64,000 nucleotides of DNA, taken from Bacillota bacterium. GTDB taxonomy: Bacteria > Bacillota > Clostridia > Christensenellales > SZUA-584. The position numbers and the translations under genes were made by a program. This document shows positions 26,706 to 36,235 of this stretch, piece by piece; position 1 is the first letter of the stretch; every line of letters begins with the position of its first letter. The notes under the pieces were generated by a model. That model saw only the letters and a list, made by a program, of their open reading frames with translations. It had not been told where the DNA came from and did not search any database. Where the stretch lies: positions 45,949-109,948 of the forward strand of contig JAEWTL010000118.1 of the NCBI GenBank assembly GCA_023459495.1, given 5' to 3'.

Positions 26706-27596
26706 TTACCAACCTCCCCACCAGGGCAGCGTGGCCACTGTCACAGTAGAGGTCTGCCCGTCATCTCCGGATACGTACTGCAGCAGGTTCTCACCCGGAT
26801 CCAAACGGAATAGAGTGGAGGACAGATCAAGATATCCAATCGCGTCCTCTGTGATTCCGTTTGAGTGCGTGATCGTCAAAGACGGCTTGCCGGGTACCGT
26901 GCCGGGCGTAGTGTCGATGCGCATTGTATCGCCTTCCACAAGCGGCTTGTCCGCCCGAAGTCTGATATACTGGCCGGTACGAACCTTAATTACCTCCGGG
27001 CGCGTAGCAGGTCCGGTAATCTCCATCTCCACGTGTGACGGCCTATTACCAAGGTTGTAGATCGCGTCCTGGTACCCGCGGGCGCCGAAGCGCACCGCAC
27101 CCATCCGAAGGGGGAATTGCATGCCGCCACCCAAGTAGGCAAGTCGGATGCGGTTATACGCATTCCCACGCCAATTGGAGTCCGGACAGTAAAACACAAC
27201 CTGCTCGGACTTAAAATAGTCCGCAACACGGTCGAACTTCTGCGGCCCTGTTTTGACTGATGCCGGGATCCATACAGTGCCGTTCTCGTTTGTGTATTCC
27301 AGACGGCCCAGCGCACCGCCTTTGTGCCAGTACGGATCAAGCAGCGTCAGTATATCCCGGCGCTTTTCAAACAACGCCTTTTGCGTAGCCCCATAGACAT
27401 GAAACTTAACTGTGACCTGACGCGGTCCGATATCCACATCATCAAGCGGTGCGCCATCCAGCCCGGCGGGCTCCGAGGTGCTTTGCTGTACATCACCGGC
27501 GCCGGTACCGTCGATTGACTCAAATAAATACGGCGGGTCCGTGCTGAAGACCGCCGCATTACCTCGCGGGTTTATATACGTGACGCTTTGCCGCAT
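26706..27596 (-). CDS. Distal tail protein (Dit-like)
   Basis: Immediately downstream of the tape measure gene. The N-terminus YINPRGNAAVF...LFESIDGTG is typical of the siphovirus tail-component family. Confidence 0.7.
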   Translation of the reverse strand: MRQSVTYINPRGNAAVFSTDPPYLFESIDGTGAGDVQQSTSEPAGLDGAPLDDVDIGPRQVTVKFHVYGATQKALFEKRRDILTLLDPYWHKGGALGRLEYTNENGTVWIPASVKTGPQKFDRVADYFKSEQVVFYCPDSNWRGNAYNRIRLAYLGGGMQFPLRMGAVRFGARGYQDAIYNLGNRPSHVEMEITGPATRPEVIKVRTGQYIRLRADKPLVEGDTMRIDTTPGTVPGKPSLTITHSNGITEDAIGYLDLSSTLFRLDPGENLLQYVSGDDGQTSTVTVATLPWWGGW

Positions 27597-27605
27597 CGAA
27601 TCACC

Positions 27606-30600
27606 TCACAATGCCGTTATGGCAGCTACAATATCGTCGATCATTTCTTGCCGTTCGGACGGCGTCATGCCCCCGTCAGCTCCGGAGCCCAGTACAGTAA
27701 TCTGGATTGTTGGGCTGATGATCTTGGTACTCTCGGTTACTGTGGTTGTAGACGTCCCGCCGCCGGACGCATAGAACTGATCCGCTGCCGCGTTGGCCAT
27801 GCTGGCCAGCTGCGCCTGATATGCCGTAAACCTTGCGGTCAGGCTATCAAACCAAAGATCGATGTCTCCGACCGCCGACGTAAAACCATCCACTAACTGC
27901 TCACCGAGAGACTGGCCGGTGATGTTGTAGTCTGAAGCGTACGACTCAAGCAGGCTTAAGATATCATCCTGTGTGCTGGCCATCAGCAGCTTTTGGGCCT
28001 CGGCCTGCAGCTTCTGGGCCTCGGTCATACTGTCGTATACTTTGTCCACGGCGTTCATCTGACCCTGCAGGGCTTTGGTCTGCGTATCAACCGTATTGTT
28101 GATGTCATCGATCTGATCCTGCAGCGCTTCCTTTTGGGCCTCGCGCTGTTGTGTTACCAGCCAATCATTGAGATCCGCCTGGGCGGCCACCAGCTGCTCC
28201 TGCAGCTTACGGCGATTATACGCATCCTGCTCGTAGAGGATCGCCTGCTCCAGCATCGACACCTTGCGGCGTTTTTCCGCTTCGACTTCGGCGTCGTCTT
28301 CCTGCTTCGTCAGATCATCCAGCGCATTGATCTGCCGCTGGATTGCCTTGACCTGCTCATCACCCCATTGCTGCCACGCATCGATGGAGGCCTGAAGCGT
28401 GTCCTTTTCAGCCTCGCGCATGGAGCCATACCGGTTCTTCAGGGCGCTTATGATAGCGTCCGTGAGGGACGTCAGCTCGTCGACTTGCTGCTGGCGGATT
28501 GATTGCTGGACGTCATACAGCTGCTTCTCCAGCTCGATCCGCGCGTCAACGCCCTCTTTGTAGGACGTGATGATCTGCTTCAGGTACGCTTCCTGCTCCT
28601 TCAGCGTGAGCTGGCCATAGTAGACCTTCAGATCGTATTCCTGCTTCTCCAGATCGCGCTGCGCCTCGTAACGCTGCTTCTCCAGATCCTTGCGGGCATC
28701 AGTTCCGGCCTTATACGTCGCGATCATGGCATCCAGCGCCGCGATCTCTTCGCGCAGTGTCAGCTGATCCATTGCCTGCTGATAATCGAGATCGTCTTCA
28801 GCTAATTGCTTGCGCAGGGAATACAGCCGCTCTGTGAGATCTTCTTTTTCAGCGGTGGTCTTGGCGTACTTGGCCAGCGCCTTTTCCAGCAGCGCGATTT
28901 CCTCGGCGGTGGTGATCTGATCCAACGCTGCTTTGTGCTCGATTTGATTAAGCTGGTTCTGGAGGGCTTTGTTTGTGCTGGACCCGCCGCCAGACGGAGT
29001 TTTAATTGCTGAGTTGTACGACTTATCCAGCTTTATCTTTCCGTCGGCGTCAATGCTCATGCTGCCCAGCTGCTCCATCTTCGCGATCAGCTTATCCAGC
29101 ACCACCAACATACGACCACCTTCCTCAACTGTGATCGTTCGTGCTGTCACCATTGCAATGATCTGCGCTCTGGCAGCGTGTGCAGCGGCCAACGCAACAG
29201 CATATTCTGCCTGAGCCAGCACTTCTTTTAAGTCGATGTCATCCTGTATAGATGGGAGCATGCCGTCAATGGCGTCTTCTTCAACGCCGTATTGCTGAGC
29301 CAAATACGTCCTGGCCTCGGCAGCTGCCTTCGCCGCTTCTGCAGACGTATCCACACCAGAGGTGTAGTCCTGTATGGCTTTTATGGCGGCTTTCAAACGC
29401 CCAACTTCCTGCATAGCGTCCTGCAGGTCTTCATATGCACTGGCTACTGACCGAAGACTGTCGGCAGCGTCCTCGAGCGTCATTTTGAGGGCTTTCTCAT
29501 GCAACGATAATTCGACTACCTCATCAGAGGTTAAAACGACGGCCTTTTTTAGATCATACAGCGCGTCCACCTCTTCTCGGCTGCTGGCATGATTGATCGC
29601 ATCATTGATGGCCTGCTCGATCTGAGTGATTAACGCATCGTACTCGGCGATCTCATCTTGTGATGCCAAGCCCTCATAGATACGCTGCCGCAGTTCTTCT
29701 GCGCGGGCGTAGGCTTCCTCTCCAGCTCCGGCGAACAATCTGTCCAGTACACTTTTTATAAAGTCTTCCGCAATCTTAGTATCGCCGGTATCCGAAAGGC
29801 CTGCGATGAGAGCGTTTATAAATGAATTGATAATATCCACATCGCTGGTAGGTACATTCGCAGCAATCTCATTGAAGTTATTGATCATATTTTGTATGAA
29901 AGCCTTAACTTCATCCGTAGTTAAAGCTTTACCATCCTCAAATGCCTGAGTAATGGCTGTATTTAAAGCCGTAGATATGGCTATCTGTAGTTCTTCTGGG
30001 ACATCTTTTCCTTCTGTCTGCGCCGTTAAAACCATCACTTGAAATATTGTTTTTATAGAATCACTTACCTTTGTTTTTATATCTTCTATATCATCTTCAA
30101 TATCTCGTTTGGCGTTTTTATTCATTGCAATCATAGACTCTAAAAAACCAACGGCGTTTTGATCAGGTGCAGGAGTGGCTAATGTTTCTTCAAGCTCGCG
30201 TTCTCTTGCCGCTATTTCTTTTTTAACCTGTTCGAGGCGCTGCGCTTTTGTGATATAATCTTCAAACGCCTGATTAAATTTATTTTCATCATCCGGCTCC
30301 GACTCCTGCAATTTTAACAGTAACAACTCACGTTCAGTTTCTAGCTGTTCCTTCATTAAAGCCAGATTTCCTGCGAGCAGTCTGCCCTCATCGTCAACGG
30401 CGGCAACGGTATACCCATATGTTTCAACGAGCTCTGCTCGTATGTCAAGCATGCGCTGTGTGTCTTCAGCTGTTTTGACTACCTTATTGTTAAGTTCTTC
30501 ATATTCGGAGATTAAGCCGGATGCATCATAATTATCACTTCTGAGGTTGTTAATCTCTTCGTGTAACTCCTTTATTCTTTCTTTTTGTTCCTCGATCTTC

Positions 30601-31367
30601 TTGTTGACTGCATTCACCACCATAGTTATGGCCATAATTACAATTCCGACAATACCGAATGCTGCTGATATGGCAGCAGCTGCAGTACCAGCGGTCACCG
30701 CAGTCTCCGTAAATCCTTGCTTTAAAAAACGAATCTGCTGAATTAACCCTGATACTTGGCTAACAGCGCCGCCGCTTGCCTGGCCTACGACATACAACGA
30801 ATTGGCAACAGAGTCGAGTCCCATTTTGGTCTGGGCTGATTGTTTCTTGGTTTCTTTAAGCTGCTCATTCAGCAGTTCTGTACCTTGTTCAGAATTAGTC
30901 TTTATATTAATCGCCGCTGCGACCTGCTCCTGCTGTACTTTTAAAGCTCGTAGATCATCTTCTGCTTGGTTAGCCTTTTCTCCCAGCTGGTCCAAAAAAC
31001 CATTGAATTGGTCCCCGTTAAATTTAGCATTGAACGCGGAATAATCTTCGAAAGTTTTTTCCGCATCATTAAGCGCCTGCTCTTGAGACCTTATCTTTTC
31101 TTCTAACCTTACAAATTCGTCCTGCAGCTTAGTAAGAGACATGCCGTTATATTGATTGCTCATCTCCGTAGCGGATGAACTCACCTGCTTCGTGATGGCA
31201 TCCATTGCCGTTCTGGTTTCAGCTGCAGCTCGCTGGACGTTTTCACGGACTGTGGTAAATACCTTGCCAACCTGCTGGATTGCCTTTGTAGACCGACTCT
31301 GTGCTTCCTCAGCACCTTCAGCCTCGGTGCTTAATATAAATTTGAGTTCTTCTTCCACTGCCATCAC
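27606..31367 (-). CDS. Tape measure protein
   Basis: 1253 aa, highly alpha-helical and coiled-coil, with a central hydrophobic segment (AAAISAAFGIVGIVIMAITMVV). Sits downstream of the chaperone genes. Confidence 0.9.
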   Translation of the reverse strand: MMAVEEELKFILSTEAEGAEEAQSRSTKAIQQVGKVFTTVRENVQRAAAETRTAMDAITKQVSSSATEMSNQYNGMSLTKLQDEFVRLEEKIRSQEQALNDAEKTFEDYSAFNAKFNGDQFNGFLDQLGEKANQAEDDLRALKVQQEQVAAAINIKTNSEQGTELLNEQLKETKKQSAQTKMGLDSVANSLYVVGQASGGAVSQVSGLIQQIRFLKQGFTETAVTAGTAAAAISAAFGIVGIVIMAITMVVNAVNKKIEEQKERIKELHEEINNLRSDNYDASGLISEYEELNNKVVKTAEDTQRMLDIRAELVETYGYTVAAVDDEGRLLAGNLALMKEQLETERELLLLKLQESEPDDENKFNQAFEDYITKAQRLEQVKKEIAARERELEETLATPAPDQNAVGFLESMIAMNKNAKRDIEDDIEDIKTKVSDSIKTIFQVMVLTAQTEGKDVPEELQIAISTALNTAITQAFEDGKALTTDEVKAFIQNMINNFNEIAANVPTSDVDIINSFINALIAGLSDTGDTKIAEDFIKSVLDRLFAGAGEEAYARAEELRQRIYEGLASQDEIAEYDALITQIEQAINDAINHASSREEVDALYDLKKAVVLTSDEVVELSLHEKALKMTLEDAADSLRSVASAYEDLQDAMQEVGRLKAAIKAIQDYTSGVDTSAEAAKAAAEARTYLAQQYGVEEDAIDGMLPSIQDDIDLKEVLAQAEYAVALAAAHAARAQIIAMVTARTITVEEGGRMLVVLDKLIAKMEQLGSMSIDADGKIKLDKSYNSAIKTPSGGGSSTNKALQNQLNQIEHKAALDQITTAEEIALLEKALAKYAKTTAEKEDLTERLYSLRKQLAEDDLDYQQAMDQLTLREEIAALDAMIATYKAGTDARKDLEKQRYEAQRDLEKQEYDLKVYYGQLTLKEQEAYLKQIITSYKEGVDARIELEKQLYDVQQSIRQQQVDELTSLTDAIISALKNRYGSMREAEKDTLQASIDAWQQWGDEQVKAIQRQINALDDLTKQEDDAEVEAEKRRKVSMLEQAILYEQDAYNRRKLQEQLVAAQADLNDWLVTQQREAQKEALQDQIDDINNTVDTQTKALQGQMNAVDKVYDSMTEAQKLQAEAQKLLMASTQDDILSLLESYASDYNITGQSLGEQLVDGFTSAVGDIDLWFDSLTARFTAYQAQLASMANAAADQFYASGGGTSTTTVTESTKIISPTIQITVLGSGADGGMTPSERQEMIDDIVAAITAL

Positions 31368-31380
31368 CTCCTTAGTTGCA

Positions 31381-31410
31381 AATTAAAAAGCACCTCTTAG
31401 AGATGCTTTT
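31381..31410 (-). terminator. Intrinsic terminator after the lipoprotein moron, just upstream of the tape measure RBS
   Basis: Minus strand AAAGCAUCUCU-AAG-AGGUGCUUU stem followed by UUUUUAAUU. Confidence 0.6.
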
Positions 31411-31429
31411 GGCCTATTCAAGTGGTCTC

Positions 31430-31930
31430 TTATGGATATGTTACCCATTCCAACTCGGCGTCTGCAAGTTCAGTTACGCTTCCATCTTCATAGGTACATT
31501 CTATTACCGCTGCTCGAAAGGATGTAAAACCAGGCACGTTATATATAGACGTGCTGAGATCTCGATCTGTCATGTACCCTTTTTCAAGGTTTACTCCTTT
31601 ATCAATAATAGCATCATAGTCACTGCCATATCGGCTTATTACCTTTCCGTCCATATCAAATAACTGTATCTTGATCTTATACCCAGTTACGACTTTTTCT
31701 CCAGTGTTTTGAACCTGTACTTGGAGACCATATGAATCCTCTGCTATTTTATTAAACCCCATTTGCACGATTATCACCGGCATCTTTAACGGCACGGGCG
31801 TTGGTGTCGGCGTATCCAACGGTGTGGGCTCCGTAGACATGGATAGGCTTTCAGTGTGAGATACTGCGCCGCAGCCAGAAACAAGTAAGAAAACGGGCAA
31901 TATCAGTAAGATAATAACCAGCTTTTTCAT
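31430..31930 (-). CDS. Lipoprotein (moron) inserted in the tail module
   Basis: Signal peptide plus lipobox MKKLVIILLILPVFLLVSGC, a Pro/Thr linker, then a beta-rich domain. ATG 31930 is preceded by GGAGG. AT-rich relative to its neighbours. Confidence 0.75.
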   Translation of the reverse strand: MKKLVIILLILPVFLLVSGCGAVSHTESLSMSTEPTPLDTPTPTPVPLKMPVIIVQMGFNKIAEDSYGLQVQVQNTGEKVVTGYKIKIQLFDMDGKVISRYGSDYDAIIDKGVNLEKGYMTDRDLSTSIYNVPGFTSFRAAVIECTYEDGSVTELADAELEWVTYP

Positions 31931-31999
31931 GTGCCTTCCTCCAATATATTTATTGCCCACATTCTACCACTTCTCAGCGCGCTTAGCCACAGTTTTCTC

Positions 32000-32029
32000 T
32001 TGCAAATAAGAAATATATGGCGATATAAT
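32000..32029 (+). promoter_or_regulatory. Near-consensus sigma-A promoter for the plus-strand moron
   Basis: TTGCAA - 18 nt - TATAAT, 25 nt upstream of ATG 32055 (GGAGG RBS). Confidence 0.55.
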
Positions 32030-32054
32030 CTCTTTATACGCTTTGGAGGTCTTT

Positions 32055-32423
32055 ATGTTCAATTCAAAAGATCAGGAACGGGTATTGAGCCACTTGCTGA
32101 GTATACCAACTACTGTTCATAACACAATCATCAAACCGAATCATATACTTTCATCCATACCAGGAATATCAGAAGATGACTTTTATAATTATCTTCTTTG
32201 TCTTGAGTATAAAGGTTATGTAGTTTTAAACTGTGCAGATTATCCGGAAAGCGACGACTTTTATACTATTAACATTACTCCATCCGGCGTCAGTTACTTT
32301 TCTGATAAAGCCGAAGCGCGCAGGCAGGACTGGCGGCGATGGCGGATGAATATCGGCGTAGCCGTAGTTTCAGCTCTTACCGGCGCAATTCTTGCTCGCA
32401 TCAGCATGCTACTTTGGCCATAA
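32055..32423 (+). CDS. Membrane-anchored small protein (moron) on the opposite strand to the late genes
   Basis: 122 aa. The soluble N-terminal domain may be winged-helix-like. Then an Arg/Trp-rich stretch and one C-terminal TM helix. Low GC. Confidence 0.6.
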   Translation: MFNSKDQERVLSHLLSIPTTVHNTIIKPNHILSSIPGISEDDFYNYLLCLEYKGYVVLNCADYPESDDFYTINITPSGVSYFSDKAEARRQDWRRWRMNIGVAVVSALTGAILARISMLLWP

Positions 32424-32519
32424 CGCCAGCGTAGCTATAAATCCCAGTATCACAAAAAACAGCGCAAGACAGACGTAATCCCATGGCGTTTCGATAAAAT
32501 GCTTTCGCTCTTTTTTCAT
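32409..32519 (-). CDS. Small single-TM protein (36 aa)
   Basis: Translated by hand as MKKERKHFIETPWDYVCLALFFVILGFIATLALWPK, with an AGGAGAG RBS. Convergent overlap with the plus-strand moron. Confidence 0.3.
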   Translation of the reverse strand: MKKERKHFIETPWDYVCLALFFVILGFIATLALWPK

Positions 32520-32530
32520 TTTACTCTCCT

Positions 32531-33147
32531 TTACCACTCTTCGGCGCTAACCGCCACCACTTTTTTCTTCTCTTTGTCGATTTTGTGCATATCATTATGG
32601 GCGTCCAGCACCAGGAGAAATTCGTCGAGGTAGTACTCCTCGAGCAGCTGTTTCTTGCTTATGCCGAGCGTTTCAGCGATTGCAATCCAACGCTGGAACC
32701 AGTATTCGGTGTCGGCAGCTTGCCCAGTATCGGCGTGAGCAGCCCCGACACGTCGGCGAAAAAACCGGACATATCGTTCATCGCCCAGTATTCTTTAAAC
32801 ACGTCGCATACTTCCTTTGGGGTAAGATAGTCCCTGATCCGCGCCTTGTCGACGCCCAGGATCACGGCCAGCATTGTAATGATATACTCCGGAGCCACTT
32901 TCAGCAGCCGCGTAATAATGTTGGCCATGCCGGTATCGGTGAGCGTCATGAGCTCCGCAATGACTTCGGTCATGGTCTTTCCGGGAAAGAGATCCTGTAG
33001 GATATCCATCGGCAAGCTTTCAATTTCACGCATGGCGTCAAGGTAGACGCCGATCGGAACTTTCTTTACTTCAATGCCGTGTACCGTCTTCGGTTTCGGC
33101 ATAGAGATATTCGCGCTTGAATTGCGCTTGAAAATGTTCATACCCAT
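32531..33147 (-). CDS. Tail assembly chaperone, -1 frameshift-extended product (GT-like)
   Basis: A -1 slip at U UUU UUC (32764-32758) opens a frame with no stop until TAA at 32531-32533. It encodes ...TEYWFQRWIAIAETLGISKKQLLEEYYLDEFLLVLDAHNDMHKIDKEKKKVVAVSAEEW. Confidence 0.6.
32659..33147 (-). CDS. Tail assembly chaperone (G-like, zero-frame product)
   Basis: 162-aa ORF between the major tail protein and tape measure genes. Contains the slippery site. Confidence 0.7.
   Translation of the reverse strand: MGMNIFKRNSSANISMPKPKTVHGIEVKKVPIGVYLDAMREIESLPMDILQDLFPGKTMTEVIAELMTLTDTGMANIITRLLKVAPEYIITMLAVILGVDKARIRDYLTPKEVCDVFKEYWAMNDMSGFFADVSGLLTPILGKLPTPNTGSSVGLQSLKRSA
32758..32764 (-). other. 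Programmed -1 ribosomal frameshift slippery heptamer
   Basis: Zero-frame GGT TTT TTC gives X XXY YYZ = U UUU UUC. I checked the frame arithmetically against the ORF start at 33147. Confidence 0.6.
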
Positions 33148-33212
33148 ATAAACCCTCCATAATGTTCAGGGGATGGGGGAAGCCCACCCCCTGACCGATC
33201 TTTGTTAGCCGA

Positions 33213-33779
33213 CTATGCTGCGGGCAACTGGTCGATGCTATTCAGCCAGTCGTAGGTCCCGTCCGCCGAGTCCTTCACGAACTCAGGCCGCCCATCCGCC
33301 TCGCGGTAGGTGTTTCGGAATTTGATCTTGTAGGTCTGCGCGTCGATCTTATCCGTGGTCTGTGTCGTGTGATCAATCTTGATGGACAGTACCTTGCAGG
33401 CATAGTACTTCCACATCCGGAAATTACCACTCAGCAGAGGCGCTGCGCAACCAAACGCGAAAGCGATACCTTCGTCGTCTTTTTCGAAGTAGTAAGTCTG
33501 ATCCGCCTCAACATATGTACCGCCCTTCAGCGCGGCCTGCAGTTCGAGCGGCAGCTCATCCACTTCGAGCTCCATGTCCTGATAACGGTACCTGCTGCCG
33601 GTAGCATAGATGCCGTCGTCTCCGGGGATCTCGTATTCCGTACGCACTTCATCCTTTGTCAGACTCCGCGCGCCGACAAACGCCTTCATCGTCCCGGTAG
33701 CATAGGTTGTCGAGTCATTGGTCGTAATCGGCCAGTAACGGGCAGCCCGAAAACCGATCAAAGCTTTTAATTCACCCAT
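33213..33779 (-). CDS. Major tail protein
   Basis: 188 aa. The call rests on its position between the head-tail connector genes and the chaperone, and on a stable GC-rich hairpin directly downstream (33150-33200). Confidence 0.65.
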   Translation of the reverse strand: MGELKALIGFRAARYWPITTNDSTTYATGTMKAFVGARSLTKDEVRTEYEIPGDDGIYATGSRYRYQDMELEVDELPLELQAALKGGTYVEADQTYYFEKDDEGIAFAFGCAAPLLSGNFRMWKYYACKVLSIKIDHTTQTTDKIDAQTYKIKFRNTYREADGRPEFVKDSADGTYDWLNSIDQLPAA

Positions 33780-33796
33780 TGTTGAATCATCCTTCC

Positions 33797-34174
33797 TTAT
33801 GGTTCGTTTTTACCGCCAAAGGCGGCTTCGATGTAGTAGACCACCCGCTTACCGTCATCGGACAATTTGCGGGGGCCGCTGCGGGGCCTTGCGACGCAGC
33901 TCCGGCTCTCGGTGAGCTGGATCGGCGTCTCATCCCTGCCGCTGTCGAGGAGCAAGTGCAGCGCGTATGCTGCCGCATAAGCGTTATCACCATCAAACCG
34001 GCGTACCTGTATCTGTACGAATCGCCAGCAGCCGCCGGTTGTGATCTCGGGGACCTTATGCCCCCAAACGAGCAACCCGATGCATTCATCAGGCAGATCC
34101 GGCATGGTGTCACGGTAAATATCCGAGTATCCATTGGCTATTAAAAAGGCCTTTAAATCCTCTGAAAATATCAC
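33797..34174 (-). CDS. Tail completion / tail terminator-like protein
   Basis: The call rests on position in the connector cluster only. Confidence 0.45.
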   Translation of the reverse strand: MIFSEDLKAFLIANGYSDIYRDTMPDLPDECIGLLVWGHKVPEITTGGCWRFVQIQVRRFDGDNAYAAAYALHLLLDSGRDETPIQLTESRSCVARPRSGPRKLSDDGKRVVYYIEAAFGGKNEP

Positions 34175-34636
34175 TTAAACACCACCTTTTATTGCGTCTT
34201 TTACGGCATTGACCAGATATTCTCTCGCAGCCTCCGAGCGCGTCACGACCACGACTTCAAGGTACTTTGCTTCACCATTTTCATGGTAAAACTCCACGTG
34301 CTCATGTTGCACAAAGGCGTAAGCGGATGCGAACCCGATCTCTACCACAGTCACATTGCTTTGCGGAATGTTAGGTTCGCTCAATATCGTGGTGCTGCCG
34401 TCATCGTTTCCATGGGCGATCAGCTCGCCATTGACAAGAATATACCCGCTGCCTCGCAGATCGCCCGTGTCCTTTGGCGCTTTCTGAACCGCCCTGCCCA
34501 GCCAGTCAACTGCAATATCGATAATGGCGCGGAAAGGCGCGTTATTTACGCTTGTAATAACCCGGTCCATCTTGGCCTTTATCGCTCTGTAGGCCCGCTC
34601 ATAATCGGCGGCTGTCTTGATCACCCATGTGGCCAT
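34175..34636 (-). CDS. HK97 gp10-family head-tail joining protein
   Basis: Pattern ...AVQKAPKDTGDLRGSGYI... is typical of HK97 gp10-like proteins. Confidence 0.7.
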   Translation of the reverse strand: MATWVIKTAADYERAYRAIKAKMDRVITSVNNAPFRAIIDIAVDWLGRAVQKAPKDTGDLRGSGYILVNGELIAHGNDDGSTTILSEPNIPQSNVTVVEIGFASAYAFVQHEHVEFYHENGEAKYLEVVVVTRSEAAREYLVNAVKDAIKGGV

Positions 34637-34947
34637 CAGAAATATACCTCCCGGTGCAGTTCCTTGCCCATAAGGTCGGTTTCGATATCAACCGTCAGCA
34701 CCGGCCATTCGCGGCCCTGCCACACGACCATGTCACCGAGCTCGATAGGCGCAGTGGTCATCACATAAGCCTGGCTGATCACCTGCTCGCCTTTTTCATT
34801 ACGAACCAGTCGGCGGGACGACTCGACGCGGCCTTTAATCACCGTTGGATCTTCCGGAGCTGCAGGGGAGTATATCGCGGCACCGTTGTCTTTGATCCCT
34901 GTACGCCGCCGCCAACCGATGTCCTGCATCGCGAACAGCTCAAGCAA
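34636..34947 (-). CDS. Head closure / head-tail adaptor protein
   Basis: 103 aa. The call rests on position and on translational coupling (ATGA-type overlaps). Confidence 0.5.
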   Translation of the reverse strand: MLELFAMQDIGWRRRTGIKDNGAAIYSPAAPEDPTVIKGRVESSRRLVRNEKGEQVISQAYVMTTAPIELGDMVVWQGREWPVLTVDIETDLMGKELHREVYF

Positions 34948-35392
34948 ACGGCACCCCTCCTAACAAGTAACGGCGCAGCAGCCGTTCCGCCTGTGAACTA
35001 AATAACCCATAAGCGGATCCGCTGCCGTACTGCTCGGATAGCTTACCAGCGCTGAACGAAGTGATGCCCTGGGCGCGCAGCTGCTGCCGTTTGTCCATCT
35101 GTTCAATCATGCCGATGCTCGCCGCGGCTTCCAGCGCCTGTGCCTGCTTAACCGCGCCCGGCACGGTATCCTGAAAGTCCCGAGGGAACTGCATCTGCTG
35201 ATCCGGATCGAGCCTGCGGCCCGTCAGCGGCAGGCTATCGATCCACATCGCCGCCTGCAGGAGGTAAACTTCCTTGTCGCCTGTGGTTAGCGCCGTCCAT
35301 GCGATGCGCCGGGAGTCGGTCGACAGCATCATGCTGCCGATGATCTCGTCGGCCTCGGCGGCGGTGATGTACGTATCAACTCCCGGCGTCAT
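34940..35392 (-). CDS. gp6-like head-tail connector protein
   Basis: N-terminus YITAAEADEIIG..., plus its position after the capsid accessory genes. Confidence 0.55.
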   Translation of the reverse strand: MTPGVDTYITAAEADEIIGSMMLSTDSRRIAWTALTTGDKEVYLLQAAMWIDSLPLTGRRLDPDQQMQFPRDFQDTVPGAVKQAQALEAAASIGMIEQMDKRQQLRAQGITSFSAGKLSEQYGSGSAYGLFSSQAERLLRRYLLGGVPFA

Positions 35393-35408
35393 AGCGTCTC
35401 ACTCCTTA

Positions 35409-35975
35409 TCAGCCCGCGTTGAGCGTCAGGTCGTCGCTGCCCAGCCCGATGACATACCCGTCAGTGTCGAGCTTTACAACGGTGACCTTATCGTCACCGG
35501 ACGTCATCGGCTCGATGTCGTCGCCCGTCTCGATATCCAGCCATGTATCGTCCGGCACATCCTTGTACAGCAGCGCCGGGGCCGTCGTCGCTCCGGTCTT
35601 ATACTTGTACGTACCCGCGCCGGTGATCGCGATGTCGGACGTTCCTTCCGTGGCGCCCGCGGTCGACGCAACCGTCACGGCTGCCAGATACTTTGCGCTG
35701 AGGCTGGTCTCGATCGCGCGCACCAGCACCTGCTTGGTGTCAGGGTCCTCGCCCTGGTCGATCGTAATGCCAAGCCAAGCACACAGCTCGCGCAGCTGCG
35801 CGGGAGTCAGCGTATCAAGCAGCGTCAGCTCGTGCTTACTGCTGTCAATACTGTAGCCCTGATCGTCGAACCAGTCCGTGTCAGCGTCCGCCACTACTGC
35901 CGCTGCACCGTTGACAAAGTCCACGTCGCCCGGCGTGTAGTTATGCTCCTCGTTAGGAGCGTAGATCCTCGGCAT
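35409..35975 (-). CDS. Head-associated protein with HeH/SAP-like motif and Ig-like C-terminus
   Basis: LTPAQLRELCAWLGI is an HeH-like motif. The C-terminal part is Thr/Gly-rich and beta-like. Confidence 0.45.
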   Translation of the reverse strand: MPRIYAPNEEHNYTPGDVDFVNGAAAVVADADTDWFDDQGYSIDSSKHELTLLDTLTPAQLRELCAWLGITIDQGEDPDTKQVLVRAIETSLSAKYLAAVTVASTAGATEGTSDIAITGAGTYKYKTGATTAPALLYKDVPDDTWLDIETGDDIEPMTSGDDKVTVVKLDTDGYVIGLGSDDLTLNAG

Positions 35976-36226
35976 CAGGCTTTCCCTCCTTTTTTGCTAT
36001 CCGCCTCGGATTTTTGCGGCGGCGGTTCTTTAGCCGGATCTGCAGCTTTTGGCGGCTTCTGATCCTTGTCAGGCTTGACGGGCTTGTCTTTGGTCACCTC
36101 GTAACCATGGCGCTGCAGCCACTCGGCGGCGGGCGAGTTGTCCGTAACTCCGACGCCACCAGTGAACTTCACGCCAGCAGAAGTGCCGCTGTAGCCCTCA
36201 ACAGGGGACTTCACGGTATACATCAT
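35975..36226 (-). CDS. Small capsid-associated protein with a Lys/Pro-rich tail
   Basis: 83 aa, directly after the major capsid gene. Its C-terminus is KPVKPDKDQKPPKAADPAKEPPPQK. Confidence 0.45.
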   Translation of the reverse strand: MMYTVKSPVEGYSGTSAGVKFTGGVGVTDNSPAAEWLQRHGYEVTKDKPVKPDKDQKPPKAADPAKEPPPQKSEADSKKGGKA

Positions 36227-36235
36227 GCTGCCCCC

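Noticed and set aside
34075-34095. Additional CUGAUGA matches (for example minus strand near 34085, plus strand near 43091) as further hammerheads
   Set aside because: They lie inside well-supported coding regions and lack the accompanying GAAA / stem III / GUC arrangement.
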